This document shows positions 36,275 to 50,398 of a stretch of 64,000 nt of DNA, one piece after another. Source of the DNA: Octopus sinensis. Lineage: Eukaryota. Numbering within the stretch: the stretch's first letter is position 1; every line of letters starts with the position of its first letter. The DNA is taken from positions 16,120,001-16,184,000 of the forward strand of contig NC_043009.1 of assembly GCF_006345805.1 (NCBI RefSeq), read 5' to 3'. Below the pieces are notes generated by a model. It was not told the origin of the DNA. It ran no database searches and worked only from the letters and a program-made list of their open reading frames with translations. The position numbers were made by a program, and so were the translations under genes.

Positions 36275-37473
36275 TTTATATATATGTGTGTGTGTGCGTG
36301 TGTATGTATGTAAGTATGTATGTATGTATATATGTATGCATGTATGCATGTATGAGTGTATGTATGTATTTATGCATGTATGTATGTATATATGTGTGTA
36401 CGTATGTATGTATGTATGTATGTATGTATGTATGTATGTATGTATGTTGTATGTATGTATGTATGTATTATCATCTGTATGTATTAACAATTTAAGGTTT
36501 ATTTATTCTTTGAATCTTTTAGGCTAATTTCCAACTCATCAGTATCCGGATTAATACACTGGAAACAATCAATTCAACTAGAACTGGTGAATTAGTGTCT
36601 TATCTGTTTCGTTAGAATACCAGTTTATCAGAGTTAATTATTTCCTTTCGTGACTGATCACTGGGTTTTTCCATTTCCTTCACCCAGAGAGATTAAGACG
36701 AAGTTCTCCACAGCGGGAAGTGAACTCAAAATCTATACAACAGGAACAATTAACGCAAGCCACGTTTTCCGGCACTCTGACTAGTCTTCTAGCACTTAAT
36801 CCTTTTGCTGCCAGAGATAATGGCATCAACGTTCATTTTGGCGAAACTCAATGTGCCTGAACGAATAGTGAAAAGTAGTCTTTCCAACGCACTCACGTTT
36901 CTACCAGCACACTGCCTATTTGTCGCAGAGATAATGGTTTCTCGTTTAGTACAAGTCCAGGGATATTTTTAGTGAAGCAGATACTCGATATCATCAACCT
37001 CAGTATTTGTCTGTGATGTAGAGTTAACCTCCATAGAATTTAAACTTATAATGTAAGGAGCCGGAACAAATGCCACAAAGCACTTCTTCCGAGATTCTAA
37101 TTATTGTAATAATCAACTGCACGTTAGGAAAAATAACGTAAATAATAATTAGCAGTTTATTTGTATTTTGGGAGGTCATTATGCCTATAATTAATACGCA
37201 CAGAAACAAAATAAATAATGAATGCACAAAGACAGACAGACAGACAAACAGAAAGAAAGAAAGAAAGGAAGAAAGAAAGAAAGAAAGAAAAAAGAAAGAA
37301 ATAGGAAGATAAGGAAAGTAAACGGAGTTACAGGGCTAAAGAATTAAAGGAAGCTTTCGAATCAGTATGTCTCTATCAAACATCAGTCATACTTCAAATA
37401 CCTGCCTAGTATTGTTTTTTGAGTGAGATAAAAACTTTTTAAGAAATGAAAATACTGAAGAAGTAGAACTTAC

Positions 37474-37602
37474 TATGATGGTTACTACTCTAAGAGGCTT
37501 CGTTCCAAAGATGTCTCCGCGGTACCGTGGAACACTGCTAACACTTCGATTGATCATAATTCTCGAGTCTCTGGTCTTCGGACCGCTACGCCAGGTACTG
37601 CG
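37474..37602 (-). CDS. iGluR-family exon (129 nt, phase 0-0), ATD-S1 linker: RSTWRSGPKTRDSRIMINRSVSSVPRYRGDIFGTKPLRVVTII
   Basis: Acceptor ttattcttgtcttag| and donor ATA|GTAAGT. LRVVTII splices directly to EPPFV, recreating the start-of-S1 motif. Absent from the ORF track. Confidence 0.85.
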
Positions 37603-37827
37603 CTAAGACAAGAATAACATTTTATAACACCAAAGCTGGAATGAGGTTTAAAACGACTATATAAGGAAAGAACATGATTAGCAGGTGTTTGTGCGCGATT
37701 GACTTTAGCTCTCAAGTTAAACTACAGTGACTGAGAGCAACATTTTTCACATACACACACACACACACTCAGCATTTAATATATGTGTGTGTGTGCTTAA
37801 GTATGCGTGTGTAATACACACACACAG

Positions 37828-37860
<33 letters not shown>

Positions 37861-38162
37861 ACTGGTTTGCCTTTTGATATCGATAAACGGATTCTTAAGC
37901 AAGTGTTTGGAATTGTGAAAAGAAATTGGTTGACGAAAGCATTATGGAAACTCATCACAGATATGAGTGTGTATTCAAGAGAGACGGTGAGTGTGTGTTT
38001 GTGCTTGTGTATGCCTTATTGGCGTGGGTACTTGCACATATATACATGCATTCAATATTTACAACTTACGCGATATTTTGAATGAAATATATGATGTCAC
38101 ATGTCTTGGAAATTATAATCTACACATATACGTCACCTGAGATTATATATCCAGGCATACGT

Positions 38163-38208
<46 letters not shown>

Positions 38209-38399
38209 GGAGAGTTTACGAAAAAAGCAAAAGACGAAGACAGGTGGTGTACAAAACAAACAGATGTATTAGTATAACGTTCAGGAATAGAAAAAGTATT
38301 TTACGTTTCGAGCCTACGCTCTTCTACAGAAAGGGACACAGAAAAAACAAGGAGAGAAAAAAATGTGTGTAGTGGGTAACGATCAATCATGGCGACTAG

Positions 38400-38439
<40 letters not shown>

Positions 38440-38704
38440 ATTGTCTATCATGAAATAAAATGTATGAGGTTACCACCAACACTTGACAGAAATATTCTCT
38501 TTATTATGCCTGCATCATTTGTATGCATGCAGTATGTATTGTCTATTGATATCAAGGATCATCCGAAATGACTAGACATAACGAAACACAAAATAACAAA
38601 ACGGTATTCAAGCCCGCAAACACGCAGATGCACACATATTTATGCACACAAACACATGCTTGTACACATACATTCCTACACACTCACGTATACAAACACA
38701 CACT

Positions 38705-38740
<36 letters not shown>

Positions 38741-39340
38741 TGTCAGTGTGTGTGTGTGTGTGCGTGTCAGTGTGTGTGTGTTGTGTGTGTGTGTGTGTGC
38801 GTGTGTAATTGCAAGATCCAAGGATCAAGGTGTAGGAAGATAGTAAGCTTCGAGTAGCCCGTAGAAGGTATAAAACACAACTTTCAGAACTAACTGTGGT
38901 TTATTGATGTTAAAGCTTGTAAATGTTCTCCCGTTTGATAAGTTGCAAAAATTGTTTTATAGCTTACGGTTAGCAGTAGGGGTTGCTGTTTATGCGAATA
39001 GAAATCCAAATTTTTATGGAGTATCTATAATTTGGGATATATGTGTATGTTTAAGATAAAGCTGAAGGTGACGACAATGACAACGACGGAATGATGACCA
39101 TCATCATCACGATGTGGTGGTGGTGGTGGTGGTGGTGGTTTTATTGATGATGACGATAACGACCGTGAAATTTGTATTCGAGTAAGATCATTTCTCGGTG
39201 GATAGTTTTGTATCCTTCTTTCCTGGAGCCGACCGAATTGCCAACACTTTGAAACACTGCAAAACGATCACTGGACCACAAGAGGCCCGAACACATTTTA
39301 ACGGATTCCTGAAATCATACAATGCATGCCAGTGTATATA

Positions 39341-39470
<130 letters not shown>

Positions 39471-39477
39471 ATATATA

Positions 39478-39515
<38 letters not shown>

Positions 39516-40591
39516 TGTATGTATGTATATATATATATATTGTATGTATGTATATATGTATGTATGTATATATATGTATACATGTATACGTATGTATGTA
39601 TATATGCATATTGCCTTGTAAATGAAAATATCACAGAAATTATTGCAGAATTCTGTTTAATATTTCCTCTTCCGAATTTTTTCAAATATTATCGATTCGG
39701 TTTGCAAAGTTAAGTTATAGGGAAAGTTGAATATGGCATTCTTTAGAGAACATGGAACTATGAGATGATAACGGGTAACTAAACAATGGAACGATATAAG
39801 GCTTTACAATGACTGTTAATATGCGAAGAAAATTTGTAGAAAGTGTCAGACTTTTAAAGAAACTTTAAAAAAACTATTCTTTATTTTTTTTTTTTCAATT
39901 CAAGAATTTTTAACATATGTCTTAGGTATCTTTAACCATATTTTTCAGGCATAGCTATACATTATTACACTGGACTGTGACCGAGAATGGTGCATTATTT
40001 TTCATTTCAAATTGTTTAAATCTAACGAACGGATAAGCCCGTTGATGTTTTTTGTCCAATAAAGTCATTTCCATATAATAATCATACGGTTTACAATTTT
40101 TTTAAAAGATACACATCTTAAAAATTTATTAAGTTAGAACTATTTTTCTTCGTATGGGAATATGTTGGTAGAAAGCGTTGTTCTGTGTAATGACTACAGA
40201 CAAAATATGAATATTTTAATTACATGAGCATTGACTGTCTGAAATGATAGGTGTAGGATAATAACAAACATACAACATTATCCGGCACAAACACCTTTTT
40301 ACGATCTGCGTATCTGGATTTGTTTTGTCGCTATTTCGAATAATTTCAGTTGATCCTCTCAATTTTACATAGTGGAATGTTTTAAAACAATCAACCGTCA
40401 CTCACTGTCTTTCTCTTTTTCTATATCTTTTCCTTTCAACTTCTTTTACTATTTCTTTAACCACATACAATTCGCTCTCGCTTACCGGATTTCTCTTCAA
40501 CCTTTCCCCTACTTACAATCCATGCTCTCTTTTGATTTCTATTCGTTCTCAAAAAGCTGTCTTCCAACTATTTCATAGATACGATACAAAA

Positions 40592-40622
<31 letters not shown>

Positions 40623-41689
40623 ATGAAAAGTGTAATTATATTGATATACATCTGAGATTTGTATTTTTATTTTCAAAACAATTTCACCCTCACGTTCATT
40701 AAGTATAAGTATATATGATTTTATTTGCAAATAATGGTTTGTTAATCTGTGCCTGGAAATGAAGAAGTTATTTGCTTGTTTCGTAAATATTATATAACCT
40801 TTTTTCCTAGTCAAATATTGACATCTTTCTACCTTCCACCTACAGCGGTTACATAAAGAGCTAAGCAGGATAATGTACAGATAAATCTACGCAGCTGCGA
40901 TGTTCAGTTATCTGTTGTACAACTATCTCAAATAGAATCATAATATAATCCAAGTAAAACTGTTTTCCATCATCTGCAATTAAAATTTCACCAACTGATT
41001 TCTTATTGCAATGAAATACTACAAGAGATCCATTATTCATAAACGTCTGTCCTTAGAGATTATAGCAACAGAGGCATGTAACTGAAGATAGAGAGGTTGA
41101 GAAATGATTGGGCAACATATTGTTTTGAACGAAGGCCCCCATCAAAATGTCAATACATAAATAATGGTTTTGCTCTTCTAATATTGAAAGTCTTATCACT
41201 GATTTCTTTGCATGTGTATATTCTGTTGAATTCTTGATTTCATTGATCTTGGTCTAATGCCGCGTCGATGAATTACTTCAATTTGAAAAATCTAATGGGG
41301 AAACAGAGTAACTAATTAATTATGCAATACTTAAATGATATCACGTTTAAAGCTGATTAACTGATTACATATTGACTATGCAAATAATATCACAGAAACT
41401 CCGGTGTTAGTAACATGACACACATTTTTGATAAGCTTTGTTGTAACATGGTTGAGCTACTGGATTTCAGATTTACTTAAAACTATGAGCAGATGGAATC
41501 AAATTATATCAATACATTAATCTGCTTCTATCGGTTTCAATTATATTGAAACATTCTGTAATTTATATCTATATATACTACAGGATTCTACCGTCAATGA
41601 GATGTGGAGGATTCTGTAACGTAATGTTATGTAGAAAAGTATGAGTGGACAACAAATCTATACTCACCAGAGTTACACCCAGAACTGAC

Positions 41690-42050
41690 GTGTAGTGATG
41701 GAAGTATTTAACAAGACACAAGACAATGTCAAAATAAACATTCAAGCAACATGCACTCGTCTGATGAAACGTCGTTCTTTAATGGTCAAAATAAAAATTC
41801 CGACGGTAAAATCTACACCAAATGCATTAGCTCAACCTACAATAAATCAGGAGTATCATGCACCAACATCACTTCACTCTGAAGCTGAGATTACGAATTT
41901 CTGGAAACGTTTTTGATGGGTTTAAGAACTTTAACTTCAAAGCAAGTGGCAAGACACTCATACGGCAATATGAAAGAGAACTTGATAGAAAAGCTAAACC
42001 TAAAACACGGTCACAATTCCAATACATCTAAAAAATAAAAGCGTTGACTG
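41690..42050 (+). mobile_element. Fragment of an RLE-type non-LTR element (pre-RT linker region)
   Basis: ORF 41695..41916 ends ...EAEITNFWKRF, similar to the E-I-x-x-F-W motif upstream of RT in R4-like elements. Confidence 0.35.
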
Positions 42051-42856
42051 ATACAAATATGAAACTCTCCTCCATGTACTGAATTCCTTATTCTGTGATT
42101 TTTTGTCATTATTTATAACAAAGTTTTATATGAACGCATATACCCATTTTAAACATATATTGAAATATTAATAATAATCAGAAACAAATATATATTTCTA
42201 TGAAAAACATTTCAGTTGCTTTACATAAATAACACTTCAATTGTCTACTATTGAAACCTGAAAGATTCATCAAAATCAATTTTATAATTCTGCTTTATAA
42301 AGTGACAGGTTCTTTAAAACAACCCGAGATAAAATTTCCATTCAAAATGTAGGTTTTTAGCTATATTTGCTGTGTAAGACTAGGAGTTATTATGTCACGA
42401 AAAGTGTAAAACAATTTTCTGCGTAAGGATATATTTCAAAACAAAGTAGGCTACTAATAAAAATCACAACGGGAGCCTTATTAGATCTTATTAGATCATC
42501 GATTTGATGGGGACCAAAACAGGTGTGTTTCAAAGTGCGCAGGAGTGACAATAGAGATTCATATGAAACAGATTTTCCAAGAATAGTAAAATTATTTTAA
42601 ATTAATTCCAGAAAATTTATAACTCATATTCGTAACTAAACACTGTCTATATAAGTAAATGAATATAAATAAATTTATTAATCCAATTTACATCGAATAT
42701 TTTTTTATCGATTACAATAAGAAAGATTACAAAAATTTTTCAGAAATTGCATTAAAAATCGGATTAAGCCCCTTGGCAGCTTTGCTGATTTGGGCGAGTT
42801 GGTATGAGGTTAGAAAATTTAAAAATAGGTCAATAACTATTCTCTCTCTTTTTACT

Positions 42857-43049
42857 CTTTTTACTTGTTTCAGTCATTTGACTGCGGCCATGCTGGAACA
42901 CCGCCTTTAATCGAGCAACTCGACCCCGGGACTTATTCTTTTGTAAGCCCAGTACTTATTCTATCGGTCTCTTTTGCCGAACCGCTAAGTAACGGAGACA
43001 TAAACACACCAGCAACGGTTGTCAAGCAATGCTAGGGGGGCAAACACAG

Positions 43050-43104
<55 letters not shown>

Positions 43105-43285
43105 ATATATATATACATATATACGACAGGCTTCTTTCAGTTTCCGTCTACCAAATCCACTCACAAGGCTTTGGTCGGCCCGTGGCTATAGTAGAAGACA
43201 CTTGCCCAAGGTGCCACGCAGTGGGACTGAACCCGGAACCATGTGGTTGGTAAACAAGCTACTTACCACACAGCCACTCGTGCGC
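42857..43285 (-). mobile_element. SINE family B copy with expanded internal (CA)/(TA) tract
   Basis: Highly similar to 14485-14880. Partial or diverged copies lie at ~35760-35905(-), 52600-52985(+) and 60905-61020(-). Confidence 0.85.
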
Positions 43286-43758
43286 CTATATCAACAACAA
43301 AAAATAGAAACGTCCTTTGCATGCAAGCAAGGTGGGCAAAAACGTATATAAAAAGTTCGCTACTTTCCACACGTTCCGATATAACGACCATCCATGTTTA
43401 TTTTTGTTCCGTTTCCTTGTACGTCTCCACCACTCTGTTTTTGTTCCCAAATCTAACTCTCCATATGTTCAAAATTTTGGAAGTTATGGGAGCAACTGTC
43501 TTCGAAGAGTCATTGTCGTTTAATGCTCGAAATGGGGAGATAGACAGCCGACAACTGATGAATATAAAAGTTTAAAGTATATTTAATTTGACATTAGGAA
43601 TGATTGTTTGCAGGTTCTGTGATGGCGTTTATCGTCGTCTCTAAACTGTAACAAATAGTATCCAGTAGGTGTCTTGAATGTAAGACAGTCTAATAGCAAA
43701 ATTGCTTGTCTAAAGCCTGTAGAAAACATGCTGATGAGAAAGAACTATATATATGTAT

Positions 43759-43801
<43 letters not shown>

Positions 43802-43962
43802 ATGTATGTATGCATATATATGTATGTATATATATGTATATATATATATATACACGTATTAACATATACATATAATATATATCTAAATATATATGTATAT
43901 GCATATATACATACACACATATATATACACATAATATATATATATACACATATATATATATA

Positions 43963-44013
<51 letters not shown>

Positions 44014-45731
44014 ACATACATATATACATACTATACATATACATAGAAAGAGAGAGAGAAAACAAACCATTGTGTTAGAATTTCATATGTTCCATTAAGC
44101 TTACAAAAGTAGAAAATTCGTGTTATGTATCAGATAATTTCACGTTAAATATTTGTAGCTTATAATGGAAATGAAATTTAAATAAAAGGGGTATACCAAG
44201 AGAATATAAAGCTATTTATTCGTTTATGATGTATATAACGCGTGTAAAGACATTATGAATAAGTAATTTAACACTATATAATCTAAACATATATCTTTTG
44301 TATATGTGTGAGTGTGTGTGTGTGTGTGTTTTGGCATGCGTGTTAGTATGTAATTTTTTTACTATTACAGATATATTATTAGATTCTTCTATTGCTTTCA
44401 GTTTCGAGCAACGATTCTACTGAACACCTGCTACTCTTCTGGCTCCTAACTATTTTTTGTTTTAGTGTTATATTTTGAACAACACCTCTAATAATTGCAA
44501 CATAAATTTTAGCATACCATATAACATATGTATCTCAGATTGTCAAAACATTGACTATGAATCAACGATTGATATATATACTGGTAATAAAGAGAAGCAC
44601 GGTAATTTTGTTTCAGTTTTCCGGATAAAAGACTTTCTTCCATTTATTATTTATATGCGATATTGAGCTCTATTTTCGGTCTATTTTGTTAGAACAACAA
44701 GTATCAATTTAGATATGTACACCACTTTGAATTATTTAATCAGAAAACAATAATGTAAAACATAATCAGAAGTTTTTTTAGATACATCGGAGATCTCATG
44801 TTGATTTAGATAAATGGTAGCAAGACCTCAGACACACGGGGTGAGAAAATAAGATATTATGATATTCATGCTTTTTAATAAATTGTTAGTCGCAATCAAA
44901 ACGAAATGCCTAAATCGGCAAAAACCAGAGATAGTTTACGTGCTTGTATTGTCGTGAGCTTATTATAAATATTGCTGCAGATATCCAAATAATAAATATT
45001 AAAATAAAGAATATAGAGAATGTATTGAGTGATAGAATGAACACATGAAACATCTGCTTTGACTCAAAGAGATCTTGAATTACAATAAAGGATGTAAGTT
45101 AAAGCTTCATATTTCTCTACTGTAAAAACATGCAAGAGAGTAACAGAAAGAGTTAATTCTATGTCCACTGTATTCAACCTTTTCAGAACAACTTCATTAA
45201 TTCATGCAGTTTTCATAAGTCTGAAATAGAGAGACTGGCAATCCCTTTTATCATCAATATATGATATTGAAAGCAAGACGCAATAGTTTGAAAAACAATC
45301 GATGAATTGATTGCGTAATAAAATGATATAAGGGAACACGAACTAGACTGGATTTCTTTTGTTCTTGCCTAGAGAATACGAATTAGCAAGAAGTGATCAG
45401 ATGATCAGTTCCTCCCTAACTCGGTCAGTAAACTCGATGTATCTTTTGATAAATAATATTTCTGACAAAGAGCAGAGACCAAAAATTTGGGTGGTTAGAA
45501 CAGACTATCACACTGGTCTCTGTATTTTTAAAGGTAGCATCTATGCTTCTTTCTGAGTGGTCCGTAACTTCAATGCGGAAGTTCTGTGTAGACTAGGCAT
45601 ATGGCTCAAAAATATGCTATGGGGTGGGCTGCGCTAAAGGTATGAAGAGCTGGTGTGTAATGTTAAACCAGGGTGCGGATTGTTAATTCTTCCAGTTCAA
45701 GGAATCTCTCTTTCTTTCTCTCTCTTCCTAT

Positions 45732-45763
<32 letters not shown>

Positions 45764-46269
45764 CCATTCTCTTCTGTCTACTATATTTCGCTGGCGATGT
45801 TTTAAAAATATAAGAAATCGCTTGTTCGAGATTCTGTATGGTGTTATGAAAGTTTCAAACATGTAACTTCAAAACGAATTTCATAATTACTCATCCATGT
45901 ATGCATCTAATTGACTGATACTAGATGACCGGACCATTTAGAATAGTTTTCTTCTTCAGGGACACAGAAATATTCAATGGTGATAGATTGTTAAAATGTC
46001 TCCATTAGTAATCATTTTTCTTCAATGCGTTCTTCTAATAAATCCTTAAATCTCTTCCATCATTATTTCAAACGAGTATAAATCTCTGTCTACTGCCATG
46101 ATACATTTGTTACTGCTTAACTTTTGACATGTTTGAATTGATCTATAATCAATAAAATTCCATTTTTGGTCATCCTGTCTTCTTATTTTTCCATCTTTTT
46201 CTTTCAGTCATACTGTACTCCAAATAAATTTACCCAATGTTCCCTTATTTAAGACAGTAGTAGAGTTCT

Positions 46270-46460
46270 ATATTTAAGAGATGAGGAATTATGTACATTA
46301 TTTACATTATTTAGATTATTTACATTCGACAGGTATTTGTCCTCATCTTGTTTGTTTTTAACACAACGTTTCGGCTGATATACCTTCCAGCCTTCTTCAG
46401 GTGTCTTAAGGAACGTTCGAACCTGGGTTCCCGTATTTAAGGTATTTTTCGATGTTATTA
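46270..46460 (-). mobile_element. Penelope-like terminal-repeat fragment
   Basis: Homologous to 20560-20795 and carries a hammerhead motif at 46360-46405. Confidence 0.6.
46360..46405 (-). ncRNA. Minimal type-I hammerhead ribozyme motif
   Basis: gacac-CUGAAGA-a-ggcug(loop)cagcc-GAAA-CGU-U-guguu: stem I 5 bp (one G-U), stem II 5 bp, palindromic ACGU stem III. Confidence 0.6.
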
Positions 46461-47201
46461 TTATCATTATTGTTGTTGTTGTTGTTGTTATTGTTATTGT
46501 TCAGGTCACTGTTTGTCATCGGACTCGGAATCTTGGAGTTAGTAGCCTGTGGTTAAGCGCGGGCTACTTCATCTATGCTCCTCTTCATCTATGCACGTTG
46601 GCAGAATGTTGTAGTCACAACAAAACACCCGTAATGTTGTTCATGTGTATGTATGCATGCATGTTTTTATACATCTGTTTCTTAAAACTTTAAGATTTAA
46701 ATAACACTTTTGTAAATCCTTTCAGATTAACTTTGATAAGAGAAATGTAGATGATTGTTATGGTTGTAACTCGCCCATACCAACAGATAAATTGTCGAAA
46801 CGGCCATCATACTCTGCACCCGCTGAAGATTCTTTTTAGAATCATTTTAAATCAACAATTCTCTTCTATTTGGATTCACCATGTAGATATTTTAATGTCA
46901 TCATTGATTTTAATACGGACATACAATCTCGCAAATAAATTTATGTATTTATATATTTATATATTTTTATATTATATCATGTATATATGAATGCACCTAT
47001 GTATGCAGTGGAGTATTCCGATGCTTTGAAATATACTGAATGAATACGAACACTGACCTTTAAAATTAGTTCTCTCTTTCTTGACTTTATATTACTGATG
47101 CTCTATTAGAGCGCTAATTAGTTGTGCTGTATAAGGGGATAATTATTCCATTTGTTTCTTCATTAAATATATAGATAGATATGTATATATATGCATGTAT
47201 A

Positions 47202-47253
<52 letters not shown>

Positions 47254-47270
47254 TGTATATATATGTATAA

Positions 47271-47315
<45 letters not shown>

Positions 47316-47450
47316 TACATATTTGTCATAGATTTATATACTTAAATACATATATTTGTTGATATGTATATGTGTGTATATATGTATATATATATATATG
47401 TATATATACATATATATATATGTATATATATATGTATATATATATGTATA

Positions 47451-47508
<58 letters not shown>

Positions 47509-48807
47509 GCACAAGCATTGTCACTTATATTGAAGGCGTAAGCGAATATGTCATTAGATAGAAGATTGAGTTGAAGTTATTTACAAGGTTATCTACAGCT
47601 GCTACAAGCATTGCCTTCCAAGTAAATAAGGGAAAGACGTTTTACCTGAGGCGACAGAAAAAGACTCCTATGCTAAGCACAAAGATGATCAAATAACATA
47701 CCCATGTGCAGCGTCTGTTATAGTGTACATCATATGTATTGGTGGCACATACTGCTGGTAGAAGTATGAGAACCTATTTCCTACTTCGTCGGATGTAACA
47801 GGCTGGTTGGAAAACAAAACGAAAAGAAAACAAAAATAAAACAAACACTATATATTGCTCACGCAATATTTCATTGCTGAGGTCCGTAGTCTAATTTGTG
47901 ACACTTGTAAAACAGATATAAGAATCAGGCGATGAAATATATAACAAGAATTGACCATGCAGAATTAGCTGAGAGGAAATGTGAGAAAGGGTGAGTTTAA
48001 AAAGAATGCCAAAATGCAATCGCTTTTCTCTCCGTACGTATACAAATTTTGAGATGCGCAAATTAAAATAACTTACATAAAAATCACACAAGAATAAATC
48101 ATATTATGATATTATGCAAATCACTTTCAAACACTGGGTATTTCACTTAAAAATACTGTGGATGCACAGAATTTATGCAGAGAGAGTTTCTCATATGCTG
48201 AAATATGAGGTTGTGAGCGTTGGAATCATTTAGAATGACACTGTTCATTGTTATCATAACAATTCCGAAGAAACACCTTCAAGCGATATATATTAGATGA
48301 AGTATAGAAAACAATACAATAAGGAAGGCAGTGAGTATAAAAAGCTGGTGTTGATATGATGTATTTATGATTTATAAATGTATTTCAGCCCCTATTGGTT
48401 TATATTGGAAAGTAATAACCAAAGACACATCGTGACGGTAAAAGCCACCAGGGATTGTGGGAAAATGTAGACGAGGTTGTTGAAGGATGTACTATCCCAC
48501 TTGGTCTGTGACCTGGGCTGAGTCAGAGGAACCTATGGTTATGACAAGGAAATCATTATTAGAGGTACGATACAATAATATGTTATAAAAATCTATGAGA
48601 CTTTCTAGCAGCTTTAATATTTATTTCTAGAGGAGCATTTTAGTGAGCTTTCTAGCAAGGATGAGGGTTATATTTAAGAGGAAAGGACTGATGAAAGCAA
48701 GGTAATTATAGATATCAAATTGGCGGAATGATGAGAAAGTTCTTATTTTGGGGAAGAAGAAACCAGTGGATAATCTCAAGTGTATCAAAGCTAAGAACAC
48801 GTCAGCA

Positions 48808-49091
48808 CATGGCCTAGTTGTTAGGGATCGTGTTAGAGATCGTGGTTTCAATTCGTAGACCGAATGGTGAATTCTGTTCTTGAGCAAAACACTTCGTCTC
48901 ACGATGCTCTGCGATCACTTAAACACTTGAAACGTGGTACACTGTGTGCACCTTTTCGGACAACGTCAATTTGATGGTGGGGCTGAGCTAATGTAGAGTG
49001 CATATATTCAATCACTATAAACAAATCCTTTGTGCACGTCGTTCGACAACAGCTGAACACTCATATATTGTCTTCAACGGGAGAATCTATC
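48808..49091 (+). mobile_element. Diverged tRNA-derived SINE ending in a (TA)n tail
   Basis: A-box-like tggcctagttgtt, B-box-like ggtttcaattc and CORE-like ttcttgagcaaaacactt. The 3' end gggagaatctatca runs into (ta)n. Confidence 0.55.
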
Positions 49092-49427
49092 ATATATATA
49101 TATATAATATATATATATTATATATATTATATATATACATATACACATATATATATTATATAAATATGTATATATATATATATATATATATTATATATTA
49201 TATACATATATACATATATATATATACATTATATATATATATATATATATATATATAATGTATATATATATGTATATAATATATAATATATATATATATA
49301 CATATTTATATAATATATATATATGTGTATATGTATGTATATAATATATATAATATATATATATATATGTGTGTGTGATAGATTCTCCTGTTGAAGACAA
49401 GATATGAGTGTTCTGCTGTTGTCTGCT
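49046..49427. repeat. ~380-bp fold-back centred on a (TA)n tract
   Basis: Unique arms gacaacagctgaacactc...gagaatctatca / tgatagattctc...gagtgttctgctgttgtc, plus mirrored interruptions inside the TA array. Confidence 0.85.
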
Positions 49428-50293
49428 GTTGACAAATTCTTCTGGTTTGTAAAAGTAATCCATGTTTAAGGAAAAATATAAGATATCTGTGTACAGTGAG
49501 TCCTCAGCTATAATTTGGAAATTTAGATTACATAGCCATACTCCTTCATTTAAGTTAAGTAGGTTCTACGAACCTTAGTAAACGCATTTGGTGTCTGAAA
49601 GACAAAAGCATTAACTACGTTGTAAAGGGTAATCTTTCTAATTTTTTTTAGTATACATAGGTTTAATTTTTTATTCTTTTGTTATCTACTGAAGTTATAA
49701 CATACTTAACTGGTTTTTCTTAGAATATTATATTTATTTTTAACCTTTTTGTATGTGTTCATGTGTTATAGATATTATTTCAGTTTGTTTTGAATTTCAC
49801 CCGTTTTGGGTTACATTGATAATATTTTGGTAGCATAAATTTTCGGATATATTGGTTTGATTCGTATTTTGTATCTTTTGTCTATGTCTAAATATAATAG
49901 CACAAACGAAATATTCGTCGATAATGTATGTTGTAATCATCAATTAAACATGTGATTTTCTCCACCCTTGTTCATGTTGATGTATATATATAAGTTAAAA
50001 TATATGTGTATTAAACATATAGCCATTTAGATCTATTTACAAACATATATATGCGTCTAGGAATTTAAGTATCTAAATGTGTACATGTATCTTTCAGACT
50101 GCTCTCATGTATGCATAATGTATATTTTCAATTATATCTATACATAAATATATTTATCAATACATAACAACACCTGAGTCGAGTATTGGGAGTGAAGTAG
50201 AGAGAAGATGAGGAATTAGAAGAAAGCAGTAATGATTAGAGGGGGATACAATCTGCATAGCAATAGGATACCATTCTTTTAAAACGACATTAC

Positions 50294-50398
50294 CGAGCCA
50301 TTGTGCATACCACCAAGAATGATAAGTTGGAGAAACTCTTCTTTGCGAACTTGGTTTTGTTGAAAAGATAGATGACCCGTACAACCATCTTTGTGAAT
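50294..50398 (-). CDS. iGluR-family exon (105 nt, phase 0-0): IHKDGCTGHLSFQQNQVRKEEFLQLIILGGMHNGS
   Basis: Acceptor ttttctattttcag| and donor TCG|GTAATG. DGCTGHLSF matches the ATD motif EGLTGxIxF. Not in the ORF track in this frame. Confidence 0.85.

Noticed and set aside
41662-41760. Perfect minus-strand donor (G|GTGAGT) considered for the missing ATD-S1 linker exon
   Set aside because: The peptide does not fit, and exon 37602-37474 supplies the expected LRVVTII|EPPFV junction.
42734-42808. Hydrophobic plus-strand segment as an upstream exon for the 46726 candidate
   Set aside because: Weak donor (GTTAGA) and the sequence looks repeat-derived; the join is speculative.
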